Below are positions 1 to 9,762 of a stretch of 64,000 nt of DNA, one piece after another; the first letter of the stretch is position 1; every line of letters begins with the position of its first letter. The position numbers and the translations under genes were made by a program. This DNA is from a virus. The notes beneath the pieces are model-generated. The model was not told where the DNA came from and ran no database searches. It was given only the letters and a program-made list of their open reading frames with translations. The stretch is taken from positions 18,366 through 82,365 of the IMG/VR virus record IMGVR_UViG_3300032282_005530; one strand, given 5' to 3'.

Positions 1-2398
1 TACTTACAAACACTTCATCTTTATCAATTGCGCCACTTATACCTAAGTGATCTCCAAATGGACTATTTAACTGAAATTCTAAATCAGTAAAAGCACCATT
101 AGAATTATAAAAACTGGCTGTGCTATATGGATGATTAAAACTTTGATATTCTATTGGTTGCTGGTTTGAGCTTATAGAATCTGCAATCCACTTATATCTC
201 AAATCGGTTGCCGGTATTGAATGCTGAACCCAAAAATTGTCATGTCTTGAATAATTTAGTTCTTGTATTTGCTTTAATTCATTAACATATACAATACCAG
301 AATTATATCCTGCTGCGCTGGCTGCATCTTCATCTTGATAAGCGCCGACAACAAATACACTTGCATCTGAATTTAATTGAACTCTAAAACCAAAATAATC
401 ACCAGCATTTATTGCTAAAGAACCAGTGATTTTGAGAGTTTCTGTCCATCCAACACTACCAGATCTAAAAATATAGGCAACACCAGAAGAAGAAGCATTC
501 GGGTCTACTTCATCATCACGAGCACCTACTGCAAGTATATCACCAGATGAATTAAGAGAAACACTAGTACCAAATCGATCGTTTTCGTGGGCCAAGGAGC
601 CAGTTAAGGCAGCTGTTTCTATCCACCCAGAACTGCCAGAAGAGAATATATAAACAACACCAGAAAATAAATCATTCGGAACATATTCATCAGCCCAAGC
701 ACCAACAGCAAGAATATTGCCTTCAGAGTTTAAAGATAGAGAAATACCAAATTGATCGTCCACATCAGTTGCATAACTTCCTGTTAATACAGAACTTTCA
801 ATCCAGCCAGAACTACCAGAAGAAAACATGTAAACAACACCAGAACTTAATCCGTTCGAACCGCTTTCATCTTTATATGCTGCGATTGCAAGAGTGTTTC
901 CTACAGAATTTAAAGAAACTGTATAGCCAAAATTGTCGTCTGTATCTGTTGCTAAAGAACCGGTTAATCTTGCAGTTTCAATCCAGCCAGAACTACCAGA
1001 AGAAAATATATATGTAATTCCGGAATTATTTCCATTTGAACCACTTTCATCTTGATATGCACCAACAGCAAGAATATCACCTACAGAATTCATTGCAATA
1101 CTACGACCGCTAAAAAGTTCGCTTCCATCAATTGCAAGAGAACCAGTTATTATGGCATTTTCAGTCCATCCCGAACTTCCGGAGGTAAATATATAAACAA
1201 CACCAGAACTTAATCCATTTGAACCGCTTTCATCATTTTGAGCACCAATTGCAAGAATATTGCCAGCAGAATTTATTGCTAAACTATATCCAAAATTATC
1301 ATTAGCATCCGTAGCCAAAGAGCCGGTTAATCTTGCGGCTTCAATCCACGAAGAATTATTTTTGGTAAATATATAAACAACGCCAGAACTTAACCCATTT
1401 GAACCACTTTCATCTTCGACAGAACCAACAGCAAGGATGTTTCCTAAAGAATTTAGTGCAATACTACGACCAAAATAGTCATTCGTATCTATCGCCAAAG
1501 AACCGGTTAGATATATTTGATCATTTATTTCAGTTGATTGTATTCTTTGTTTTACTAATGTATTTCTATTTACACCATGTATCGTTACTGCATTAACAGA
1601 ACCACTATCTGGTAAAAGAGCATAAGTTGAACCAGAATTAAATTGTGCTGCGTGCTGAGTTAGTTGATTATAGTATGGCTGTCTTACTTTTATATTTCTT
1701 GTTGTAAGAGAATTGTTTGGTGAAAACTCTTCACCAGCTCTATCTAAAACACCTCTTGAGCTTTCTTGTTTGCCACCTGGAGCATTAAATCTTTGAACAA
1801 AAGTTGTTTTATCTTGATATTCTTTTCCTTTTGCATCTATTCTTGTTATATCAGGGAGAGAATATATTTGTTGTGATGAAGATGAAACGAATTGAGTAGT
1901 TAATACACCATTTGCTTCAAATCCATCAGCAATTAAATTATTGTTTAAACCACGACCAACATTTTGAATAACTTGATAATTGTATTCAAAATTACCTGCG
2001 ATATTTCCACTTGTTTGTATATTTTTAATATTTATTGGTGATTTAGCAGTAAAATCTCGGGTTAATATTGCTCTTGGTCTGTTTATATCTACTACATCTG
2101 GTCCATATATTTTTATAGAATTTTGTGAAGCAGAAATAAAATATCCTTCTGCTCTACTGTCACCATTATCAGTACTGGAATTTAAATTAATATGACGATG
2201 TTGATTGCCGCCAACATGTTGTTGAGTAAATGGACCTTGTAACGGTGAATTTTCTAATTGACCATATTCATCACGATGATGATTGACTATATCAATGTTT
2301 TGTCCAACAGCAGCAGTTAGTTGCGCTGTATATCCTGTATTAACAGAAGAACTTACAACAGTAAACGGAAGTTTACCTCTTGTATTAATATCAGTCAT
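1..2398 (-). CDS. Tail/virion protein with 7 FG-GAP-like repeats (beta-propeller); 3' end runs off the window; not in the ORF track
   Basis: Manual translation from ATG 2398 (GGAG RBS upstream): MTDINTRGKLPFTVVSSS..., open to position 1, with repeats LTGSLAxDxxDxFGxSxxLNSxGNILAVGAxxDExxxxxxxSGVVYIF. Confidence 0.85.
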   Translation of the reverse strand, partial: MTDINTRGKLPFTVVSSSVNTGYTAQLTAAVGQNIDIVNHHRDEYGQLENSPLQGPFTQQHVGGNQHRHINLNSSTDNGDSRAEGYFISASQNSIKIYGPDVVDINRPRAILTRDFTAKSPINIKNIQTSGNIAGNFEYNYQVIQNVGRGLNNNLIADGFEANGVLTTQFVSSSSQQIYSLPDITRIDAKGKEYQDKTTFVQRFNAPGGKQESSRGVLDRAGEEFSPNNSLTTRNIKVRQPYYNQLTQHAAQFNSGSTYALLPDSGSVNAVTIHGVNRNTLVKQRIQSTEINDQIYLTGSLAIDTNDYFGRSIALNSLGNILAVGSVEDESGSNGLSSGVVYIFTKNNSSWIEAARLTGSLATDANDNFGYSLAINSAGNILAIGAQNDESGSNGLSSGVVYIFTSGSSGWTENAIITGSLAIDGSELFSGRSIAMNSVGDILAVGAYQDESGSNGNNSGITYIFSSGSSGWIETARLTGSLATDTDDNFGYTVSLNSVGNTLAIAAYKDESGSNGLSSGVVYMFSSGSSGWIESSVLTGSYATDVDDQFGISLSLNSEGNILAVGAWADEYVPNDLFSGVVYIFSSGSSGWIETAALTGSLAHENDRFGTSVSLNSSGDILAVGARDDEVDPNASSSGVAYIFRSGSVGWTETLKITGSLAINAGDYFGFRVQLNSDASVFVVGAYQDEDAASAAGYNSGIVYVNELKQIQELNYSRHDNFWVQHSIPATDLRYKWIADSISSNQQPIEYQSFNHPYSTASFYNSNGAFTDLEFQLNSPFGDHLGISGAIDKDEVFVS
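290..1512 (-). repeat. Seven ~180-bp (60-aa) intragenic FG-GAP-like tandem repeats
   Basis: TGS-encoding units recur at about 1501, 1320, 1140, 957, 777, 597 and 420. Confidence 0.85.
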
Positions 2399-2412
2399 TA
2401 TTTACTCCCAAT

Positions 2413-5400
2413 TCATTCGTCGGAACAATCTTTTTTCTCAATAACTTTAAGTACATCAATCTCTAAATATCCACCCGAACCAATTTTTGTTGCAGGTTTT
2501 ACAACATCCATGTTAATAGGATTTTTATTTACATATATTTGTATATCTGTACCAAAATCTGCAACTCTTGTAAACTTCTTTTTATATTCAGAAGATAGTG
2601 CTTGAAATATTCCATTTAATTCACTGCTTCTTTCTTTTCTTTCTTTCCACCACAAACAATTATTTCTTTCGTTTAATGGTATAGGAGCGTGTCCGTGTTG
2701 CCAATCATATTTTAATTCACCTATAGTTTTAACAACTGCTATTGGTAAATCTGCTCCAAATTCTATTGAGGGCAGTTTCCACATGTATTTATTTCTTTCT
2801 AAAACATGACTTTCAACAACATCACTTATTTCATCAGAGAAATCCGCCGATGCTGGTATTAGTTGATATACCATTTTATTGATTGCATTATCGATCCATT
2901 TAAAATAATCTACATATTTTTCTAAATCTGGTTTATTTGAAACTTTTTCGAAAAACATTTCTCTTAGCTTGATTAATTCTCTATACTCTCTCTCAAATTG
3001 ATATTGGGGTTTTCCTATTAAATTATTAAATTCTGTTATAGTTCCAAAAAATCTAATCATTTCTTCTGAAATTGTTTGATACATACTCTTTTCCAGAGCA
3101 AAATAATAATTTAAAGGTCTTGTATCTTTTGTAAAAATTTCAACATCTTCTCTGATTATGTTTATAAGATCTGTATCTGATATATTTTCTGGCAATCTAT
3201 GCTTGGCAATAGAAACGTATCCGTTTTCGACCATGTCGATATTGTTTCTAAAAAAGAAATCTCCTACACCGGTATTTAAATTATTAACTACATCTCCGAT
3301 AATATCATAATTATTTTCTAAAGAACCGCTCGATATATCCATGATGAAAAATTTACCATCATATGTATTCGAAGGTCCGGTTCCACTTCCATTATCAGAA
3401 CCTGTAACAAGAGAGAAGTCCCAATTTAATGCAAGAGTTTTAATTTGCGGTATTTCTAAACTTGAACTAATAGGTAATGTTTCTAAATTGTTATATGGTC
3501 TATCTTGTCCATAATTTTTTGGATCTTTTGCATGTTGTATTAATATTTCATCATCCAAATATGAACACCAGTATCTAATATTTGATAGTTTTATATCACT
3601 ATTATGCAATATAGAGCCGGTAAAATTTTCTCTATGACAACCAGCATATATTCTTTTTGCTGCAGCAAAATGTTGTTCTGCAATATTTTGCGGAACAGAT
3701 GCAGTTAAGCGTATTTCTAAATCAACAATATCCTGCGTTGTATTGAGAGCATAAAATTCAAATACATAATCTCCTACAGTACCACTATTAATTTTTAAAG
3801 AATTAGGATATTTTTCATGTTTTATTTTTGCATTTAAATTCCATTTTTCATTATTATACAAATCTTTTATTAAACTTGAAGTAAGTTGAAATCCCATATA
3901 CGAAGAAGACACTAAAAAGTATCCATCAGACGATAAAATATCTGGTCTTACAATATAAACTTCTAAATTTGCCTCATCGGAACCATTCCATGTTGTATCT
4001 CCTGGCGAGAATGTATTTGCAGAATGCATACCAAAAACTGAAGATGTTAAAAAATATGTATCAAAAAATATTTTTTGTGATTGTTTAAACTTTTGTGGAA
4101 TAACAATTTCCGCTTCAAAAGTAGAACCATGATAGGATAAATTAGAATTTCCAGGTATATAAGAAATAGATTGCGGGTATAGACTTGAAGTCATCTGATA
4201 GATTGTTCCTTGAAATCTATCTGGATCATTGAAACTTATAAATTTTTTCTTATAATATGTATTTATAAATCTATCATCAAATGTATAAGTGGCATCATTT
4301 GAATATATATTCAACTTTACTAATTCTTCATCGACACCAAAGCATCTCAATAAATTTCTTATTGATTTTTCAGTACCCTTTGATTTATTTATATAAGCCA
4401 AATTATTATATATGTTTTGGTATATATGATTTTTTACATTAAAAAGCCTATCTTCATATAGAATATCTTCTGTTCTATTTCCTAAGTTTTCTAATATAGA
4501 AGAATTTGTAAATATATCTTGAGTAACAAAACCCATAGATTCTAATAGTTTCATTCCATATGGGAATGCTCTTCCGTTTGAATATTTAACCTCTTTTAAA
4601 GATGGTAAGTGCTTAATTTTAATAAAAAGATCATCAAAATATGAACCAATTATTTGTGTTAATTCATAAAGTTTATTACTTTCATTTATTTGATCTTCTT
4701 CAACTATCCAAGATGGAATAGTATAATAAATCATAGAGTTATTATTATTGTCATGAAGATTTCCAAGTTCTTCTTTTTCTTGTAACAATGATTGAACACT
4801 TGGGTGTGTTAAATATATAACTGGATCTTGAAATTCAGTTTTTGATGCACCAGAATCAACAATTGCAGAACCGGTATTCCTTGAACCAAGTGCATATCCT
4901 GTCCAAGAACCGTTTGAAAATCTACCTGAATAATCTAAAATCTTTGTATCGTATCTTGTATCGATTGAAGATGAATTGTAAATTCCTTCATTAAATTTAA
5001 AATATACTCCTAAATTAGTATTTGAAATATCTGTATTGGCTCCTCCATTAATTTGAGTAAACCAATATCTTGAAATATCTTTTTCACTTCTTTTTGTTTT
5101 CCAGTATCTAAATTCATCTAAAGAACCCGATAATTTTCCATAACCTAAAGCAGCGTTTCCACCGCTTACTTGAGTTCCAAGAGAACCAATCCAACCAAGC
5201 ATTGCTCCATATACTCTTCCTATTGAAGAGCCAGTAACAATAGTATCATTTAAATCGCCATTCTTAAATAATCTAAATTGTATATTACTTCCAGTATTTA
5301 CAGCGGTAATAGAATAAAAATTCCAATTTCCATCTGATAAATCTAGATTTTGTCCTATAGATATATTGTTATTAAAATTTGAACCGGAGGACATTTCTAA

Positions 5401-6099
5401 GAAAAATTTATTTTCTTCTCCAGAAACTCCAGGATGTATTTCTACTCTAAATCTTCCATAATCAGAGCCAAAACTCGCTGTATTCCAAAGATCAAAAATA
5501 ACTTGTTTATTGCTTCCGCTTAAATTATCTTTTTTCAGCCAAAATTCTATAGTCGTACCAAGATTACCATCCAACAATAAATTACTTTCTCTATTTTCTT
5601 GTGCATCTAAAATATTTGATGTACCAAATAAAGGTTGTAATTTAAATTGATCTAAATTTTCTGCGGTATTTGGACCACCTTTGACAAGTATATATTCCTT
5701 ATCAATTGGATTTGAATATCCATCAGAAGAAACTGATGAAGAAAGACCATATGAATATCCAAGATTTATGTAACCATTTTGTCTCGGATATTCATTTTCG
5801 AAAATATAATTTTGAATATCTGATGCTTCTTTGGTCCATTTAAGTTTTTCACTTGCACTTCCATCATATGGATATTTTTTACATATTGTTTCTATTGCAT
5901 CTGTATAATATTTTTTTGCTGAACCGAAAAAAGCAAAATTTTTAGGATCACTATAATCTATGTCTGGTTTTATTAATTTTCTTTCTTCTAGCTCTTGTAT
6001 AATATATTCTGCAGATTCAACATCACGAGAAGCATCTTCTAAATTAGTTGAAACAAGTATTTTACTTGATTTTTTACCAAACAGATTTATCAAAGACAT
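2413..6099 (-). CDS. Large virion structural protein with LamG/concanavalin-like domain (baseplate/tail)
   Basis: TIEFWLK...WNFYSIT...LDEFRYWK LamG motifs; YINKSKGTEKSIRNLLRCFG baseplate-wedge-like motif; context. Confidence 0.7.
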   Translation of the reverse strand: MSLINLFGKKSSKILVSTNLEDASRDVESAEYIIQELEERKLIKPDIDYSDPKNFAFFGSAKKYYTDAIETICKKYPYDGSASEKLKWTKEASDIQNYIFENEYPRQNGYINLGYSYGLSSSVSSDGYSNPIDKEYILVKGGPNTAENLDQFKLQPLFGTSNILDAQENRESNLLLDGNLGTTIEFWLKKDNLSGSNKQVIFDLWNTASFGSDYGRFRVEIHPGVSGEENKFFLEMSSGSNFNNNISIGQNLDLSDGNWNFYSITAVNTGSNIQFRLFKNGDLNDTIVTGSSIGRVYGAMLGWIGSLGTQVSGGNAALGYGKLSGSLDEFRYWKTKRSEKDISRYWFTQINGGANTDISNTNLGVYFKFNEGIYNSSSIDTRYDTKILDYSGRFSNGSWTGYALGSRNTGSAIVDSGASKTEFQDPVIYLTHPSVQSLLQEKEELGNLHDNNNNSMIYYTIPSWIVEEDQINESNKLYELTQIIGSYFDDLFIKIKHLPSLKEVKYSNGRAFPYGMKLLESMGFVTQDIFTNSSILENLGNRTEDILYEDRLFNVKNHIYQNIYNNLAYINKSKGTEKSIRNLLRCFGVDEELVKLNIYSNDATYTFDDRFINTYYKKKFISFNDPDRFQGTIYQMTSSLYPQSISYIPGNSNLSYHGSTFEAEIVIPQKFKQSQKIFFDTYFLTSSVFGMHSANTFSPGDTTWNGSDEANLEVYIVRPDILSSDGYFLVSSSYMGFQLTSSLIKDLYNNEKWNLNAKIKHEKYPNSLKINSGTVGDYVFEFYALNTTQDIVDLEIRLTASVPQNIAEQHFAAAKRIYAGCHRENFTGSILHNSDIKLSNIRYWCSYLDDEILIQHAKDPKNYGQDRPYNNLETLPISSSLEIPQIKTLALNWDFSLVTGSDNGSGTGPSNTYDGKFFIMDISSGSLENNYDIIGDVVNNLNTGVGDFFFRNNIDMVENGYVSIAKHRLPENISDTDLINIIREDVEIFTKDTRPLNYYFALEKSMYQTISEEMIRFFGTITEFNNLIGKPQYQFEREYRELIKLREMFFEKVSNKPDLEKYVDYFKWIDNAINKMVYQLIPASADFSDEISDVVESHVLERNKYMWKLPSIEFGADLPIAVVKTIGELKYDWQHGHAPIPLNERNNCLWWKERKERSSELNGIFQALSSEYKKKFTRVADFGTDIQIYVNKNPINMDVVKPATKIGSGGYLEIDVLKVIEKKDCSDE

Positions 6100-7526
6100 T
6101 ATTTATGCACCCTAAATTTAAATGTATCTTTTAGTTCATAAAACTCACCATTATATTCGAAACCAAAAAATAATTTATAAGAATATTCTGGTTCCAATAA
6201 ATTCATATCAAAATCAAAATAATTACCAATATTATCATACGATGTTAGAGTATGTTTAAAGCTTCCTGTTCCGTAAGGAATTACTTCATATCCATCTGCT
6301 ATTCTTATAATTTTATAATATAAATTTTCTATAATTGTAGTATCCGGTTCATAATATGCTACATGATATAAATTTGAATCCCAATTTCTATTTTTTATTT
6401 CTACTCTCAATCTAACATTATCACTGTTTCTATAATTTTGTTTTAATTGAGGCATAGACAATATGTATTCTGGTATTGAAAAATCATCTGAAGCATCTTG
6501 AGTTTTTGTATATATAAGAGAACCTGTGTGAAGTTCGGTTCCTCCTAAAGTTCTCCATACATCATATAAATACGAATAACTACCACTTATACCTATAGAA
6601 GCAGTATAAACACCAGTTGTATAATATCCTCCAGTTACAGTTGTCGTAGATCCATTTAATAAAGCCAAAGGTAATCCTGATGGACCATCGTCAACAGTTC
6701 CACTATACATACTTACCAATAAAGTTCCTGTACCTACAGTGGGAATATTTTTTAATTGCCCTCTAATATTATTGTACAAAAATAGAGTATTTAAATTATC
6801 TTGTGCTGAGACAAGCTCGCTACTCATATAGAAACTGTTTCTTTTATCTTTTATAGATGAATTACTTCTTACTTCAATCCAGGGTCTTTTATAAAAAAAC
6901 TGACTTCTTCTTGCGAAGAATTTTTTCGTGTAATAAGATTGATTGTCGTTTTCTAAAGAAGAACTAAGACAAATTAAAAATCCATTATTTGTTATTTCTG
7001 AATTTATCCATTTTTCTACAATATTAGTAACATCTACTTCTAAATCGTCAGTCGATAATTGAATTGTCGATATTGTTTCTTCGTTTTGTAGATAATCTCC
7101 ACCTTCAATTGTCCAACCTTGAGTAGAAGATGCACTTATCCAATTTGCTGGGCCAATATCTAAATATTGTTCCATATCAAGACCGTAACCTTCTGTCCAA
7201 GAACGAGATAATGGAAAAACACTAACAGTTATATTTTCCGGTGTTTCTTGTGAGTGAGAAGCGTTACTTAATTTTAAAATAAATTGACAACTTCCACTAT
7301 CCGCAATAACTTTATTATTTCTATCGCTAAGAATATTTGATATTGGAAACTGTACTAAAATTCTTGATTTTTCAGAAGATGTTTCACTTACTTGAGCATA
7401 TATGGAAAATATTTCTAATATGTCAGAAGCACCCATATTTGATTTAGTTGCCCTTGTAATATTATCATTTTTATAAGCATTTGTAATAGTTGTATCTTTT
7501 TCTGCTACATATCTTTTTATTGTCAT
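6099..7526 (-). CDS. Virion structural protein (DNRLRE-like N-terminal domain)
   Basis: AEKDTTI...SRILVQF...DVTNIVEKW...NNGF pattern; located in baseplate operon. Confidence 0.55.
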   Translation of the reverse strand: MTIKRYVAEKDTTITNAYKNDNITRATKSNMGASDILEIFSIYAQVSETSSEKSRILVQFPISNILSDRNNKVIADSGSCQFILKLSNASHSQETPENITVSVFPLSRSWTEGYGLDMEQYLDIGPANWISASSTQGWTIEGGDYLQNEETISTIQLSTDDLEVDVTNIVEKWINSEITNNGFLICLSSSLENDNQSYYTKKFFARRSQFFYKRPWIEVRSNSSIKDKRNSFYMSSELVSAQDNLNTLFLYNNIRGQLKNIPTVGTGTLLVSMYSGTVDDGPSGLPLALLNGSTTTVTGGYYTTGVYTASIGISGSYSYLYDVWRTLGGTELHTGSLIYTKTQDASDDFSIPEYILSMPQLKQNYRNSDNVRLRVEIKNRNWDSNLYHVAYYEPDTTIIENLYYKIIRIADGYEVIPYGTGSFKHTLTSYDNIGNYFDFDMNLLEPEYSYKLFFGFEYNGEFYELKDTFKFRVHK

Positions 7527-9325
7527 CAGCTTATTTCTCCAACTATGTCAGAATTTGGAAACTTCACTTCAAAAATAACATTGTTTGGAGCCTCTATATA
7601 TCTGCCATCTGGTGACATAAAACTTTCAACATCAAACAAAGTATCAGAATAGTCAGCGCCTCTCTTTTGAGAAACCTTAACCCACTTTACATCATTTACG
7701 CCAGTAACATTTTTAAGAGCAGTATATATATCGCTTATAAAAAATGATTCTCCAATATGCATCTTTACAGAATATAAAGTTGATAAAGCACTTATACAAC
7801 TTCTTAATACATCAACGTTGTCTGCTTCTATATCTGATACGATTTTAAAGTTAATTTCTAAATTAACTATTTTTGCATCTATTACATCTATTGTATCATT
7901 TATCATTCTATTTTTATTAAGCCAAGTTTTTATATTTTGTTTTATGGATTCATTGCAAACTTCCAAAGTTCTGTTTTGATTTTCACTAATAACATAAATG
8001 TTTAAATTTCTTTTAAACGAATCATTATCTCTTAGTATTCTTGCTCTTTTTATATTTCCATATTCTGGGGGCATATTATAAATTAATGCTTCATAATCTT
8101 TTTCTGTAACTGCTCTATTTTGAGAGCCGAATGTATTATAAACTCTAAATTTTAATTCTTCAGAAGTCATATTTGGTATATCACCAACTATTGGTTCTTC
8201 ATTGTTTACCTCTATAGATGATCTAACTAAATCGATTTTTTGTTGTTGAAGAGATCTCGTGTCTCCAAAATCAAAAATAGGATCATTCACATTTTTAAGA
8301 GTTCCGGCGCCGGCATTAACATTATTAGATGTATTTGCGCGCGCTATTATTTGCAGAATAGTATTTGAAGGAACAACACCTAGTTTATCTGATTTTATTA
8401 AATTGTTTGGATCAAATTCCTTGTCTGATATATAATTTTTACCATAATATTCTAAAGTAACAGATGCTGGGTCTACCAGATCTTGATTATAGGTTTCTGC
8501 AGACGAATCGCCAGTTCCGAATTGTAAATATGTACCTTCTCTATCTCGCAAAACAACAAATCTTCTCGGAACCGTGAAGGGTTTTAAGATATTTTTAACT
8601 TGATTATTTGTAGTATTATCTCTGTTTAATACTGGTTTATATACTATATCTTGACTTAAATAATCAACTTCATAATATTCATTTCCATCACCATCTTTGA
8701 CAGATATGATTTCAGTTAAAAAATCAATTTCAACTGGTATTTTTAAAAATCTTTGATACTGACCGACAGTATAGAATGTCTGAGCTAAATAACCAGATTG
8801 AACTCTTCCATAAGCTTTAATTGCATATGTTTCTGGTAAACCGGTTTGTTCATTGACGGTTCCAACTACTACCTCATTATCTTGTCTGTTAAAAAATACA
8901 TCTTCTACTAGTGTAAATGCTTCTCCAAATACTGTTGAAAATATACTATTTTTTCTTAAAACTGGAATATAATCCGGATCTGGTCTATCGCCTGTCACAT
9001 AAGCTGGGACTAATATGAAAAAACTTGCAATACCATGTGAAGAAGGATTTTCAGAATATTTAAAACCAAATGGTTTTGATAATTTTAATATATTATCAAA
9101 CTCTGTGGCAGTATCTAAAAAACTCTCATTTGCGTTATAATCTACATAAAAAGATAAATTATCGCCAATATATGAAACAGTATCTAGCATTAAACTACCA
9201 AAACCAACTTCACTAAAATCTTTATATGTTTCTGGATAGTATTTTTTGGCATGCTCTACTAAAGCATTTTTAATTGCTTGATAATCTCTTGCTAAATAAT
9301 CGATTGGTATATTCTTTTTTGGCAT
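7526..9325 (-). CDS. Baseplate wedge subunit (T4 gp6-like)
   Basis: DYQAIKNAL, DFSEVGFGSLMLD, ANESFLDTA and QNRAVTEKDYE motifs. Confidence 0.85.
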   Translation of the reverse strand: MPKKNIPIDYLARDYQAIKNALVEHAKKYYPETYKDFSEVGFGSLMLDTVSYIGDNLSFYVDYNANESFLDTATEFDNILKLSKPFGFKYSENPSSHGIASFFILVPAYVTGDRPDPDYIPVLRKNSIFSTVFGEAFTLVEDVFFNRQDNEVVVGTVNEQTGLPETYAIKAYGRVQSGYLAQTFYTVGQYQRFLKIPVEIDFLTEIISVKDGDGNEYYEVDYLSQDIVYKPVLNRDNTTNNQVKNILKPFTVPRRFVVLRDREGTYLQFGTGDSSAETYNQDLVDPASVTLEYYGKNYISDKEFDPNNLIKSDKLGVVPSNTILQIIARANTSNNVNAGAGTLKNVNDPIFDFGDTRSLQQQKIDLVRSSIEVNNEEPIVGDIPNMTSEELKFRVYNTFGSQNRAVTEKDYEALIYNMPPEYGNIKRARILRDNDSFKRNLNIYVISENQNRTLEVCNESIKQNIKTWLNKNRMINDTIDVIDAKIVNLEINFKIVSDIEADNVDVLRSCISALSTLYSVKMHIGESFFISDIYTALKNVTGVNDVKWVKVSQKRGADYSDTLFDVESFMSPDGRYIEAPNNVIFEVKFPNSDIVGEIS

Positions 9326-9353
9326 TTATAAAACCTCAATTATAAATATATTC

Positions 9354-9743
9354 TCAACTGATTATTAGTTGTCCGTCAGACTGTATTGTTATATTTTCAC
9401 TAGTACCCAAAGGTGTTATAAAAATACCTATATTTACAGACAAAAGATTTCCTTCTTGATTTAAGGAGCCATAACTTATATTCGTTAATTCAATATATGG
9501 TGCATATCTTGCTATTTGGGTTCTTAGTCTTGATTCAAAATTTATAATAAGTGTAGAGCTATAATTTTCAAATAGAATTCTTTTCAATCCAACCCCAAAA
9601 TTACTATCCATTATTCTTTCGCCAGGATTTGTTAATAATAACATTAAAAAATTTTGCCTAACCAGACTTTTTAAATCGCTGATCATATTGTAGCCTTGCT
9701 GACTACCGAGTTTTAGAGGTAATTTAGGACCAAATGCCGACAT
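9354..9743 (-). CDS. Baseplate wedge subunit (gp25/GPW-like)
   Basis: LLLTNPGERIMDSNFGVGL motif; adjacent to gp6-like gene. Confidence 0.9.
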   Translation of the reverse strand: MSAFGPKLPLKLGSQQGYNMISDLKSLVRQNFLMLLLTNPGERIMDSNFGVGLKRILFENYSSTLIINFESRLRTQIARYAPYIELTNISYGSLNQEGNLLSVNIGIFITPLGTSENITIQSDGQLIIS

Positions 9744-9762
9744 TTTTATTCACCTTAATTAA

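Noticed and set aside
290-1512. 180-bp repeats as a DGR template/variable repeat pair
   Set aside because: All copies are in-frame protein repeats, differences are not confined to adenines, and there is no reverse transcriptase in the window
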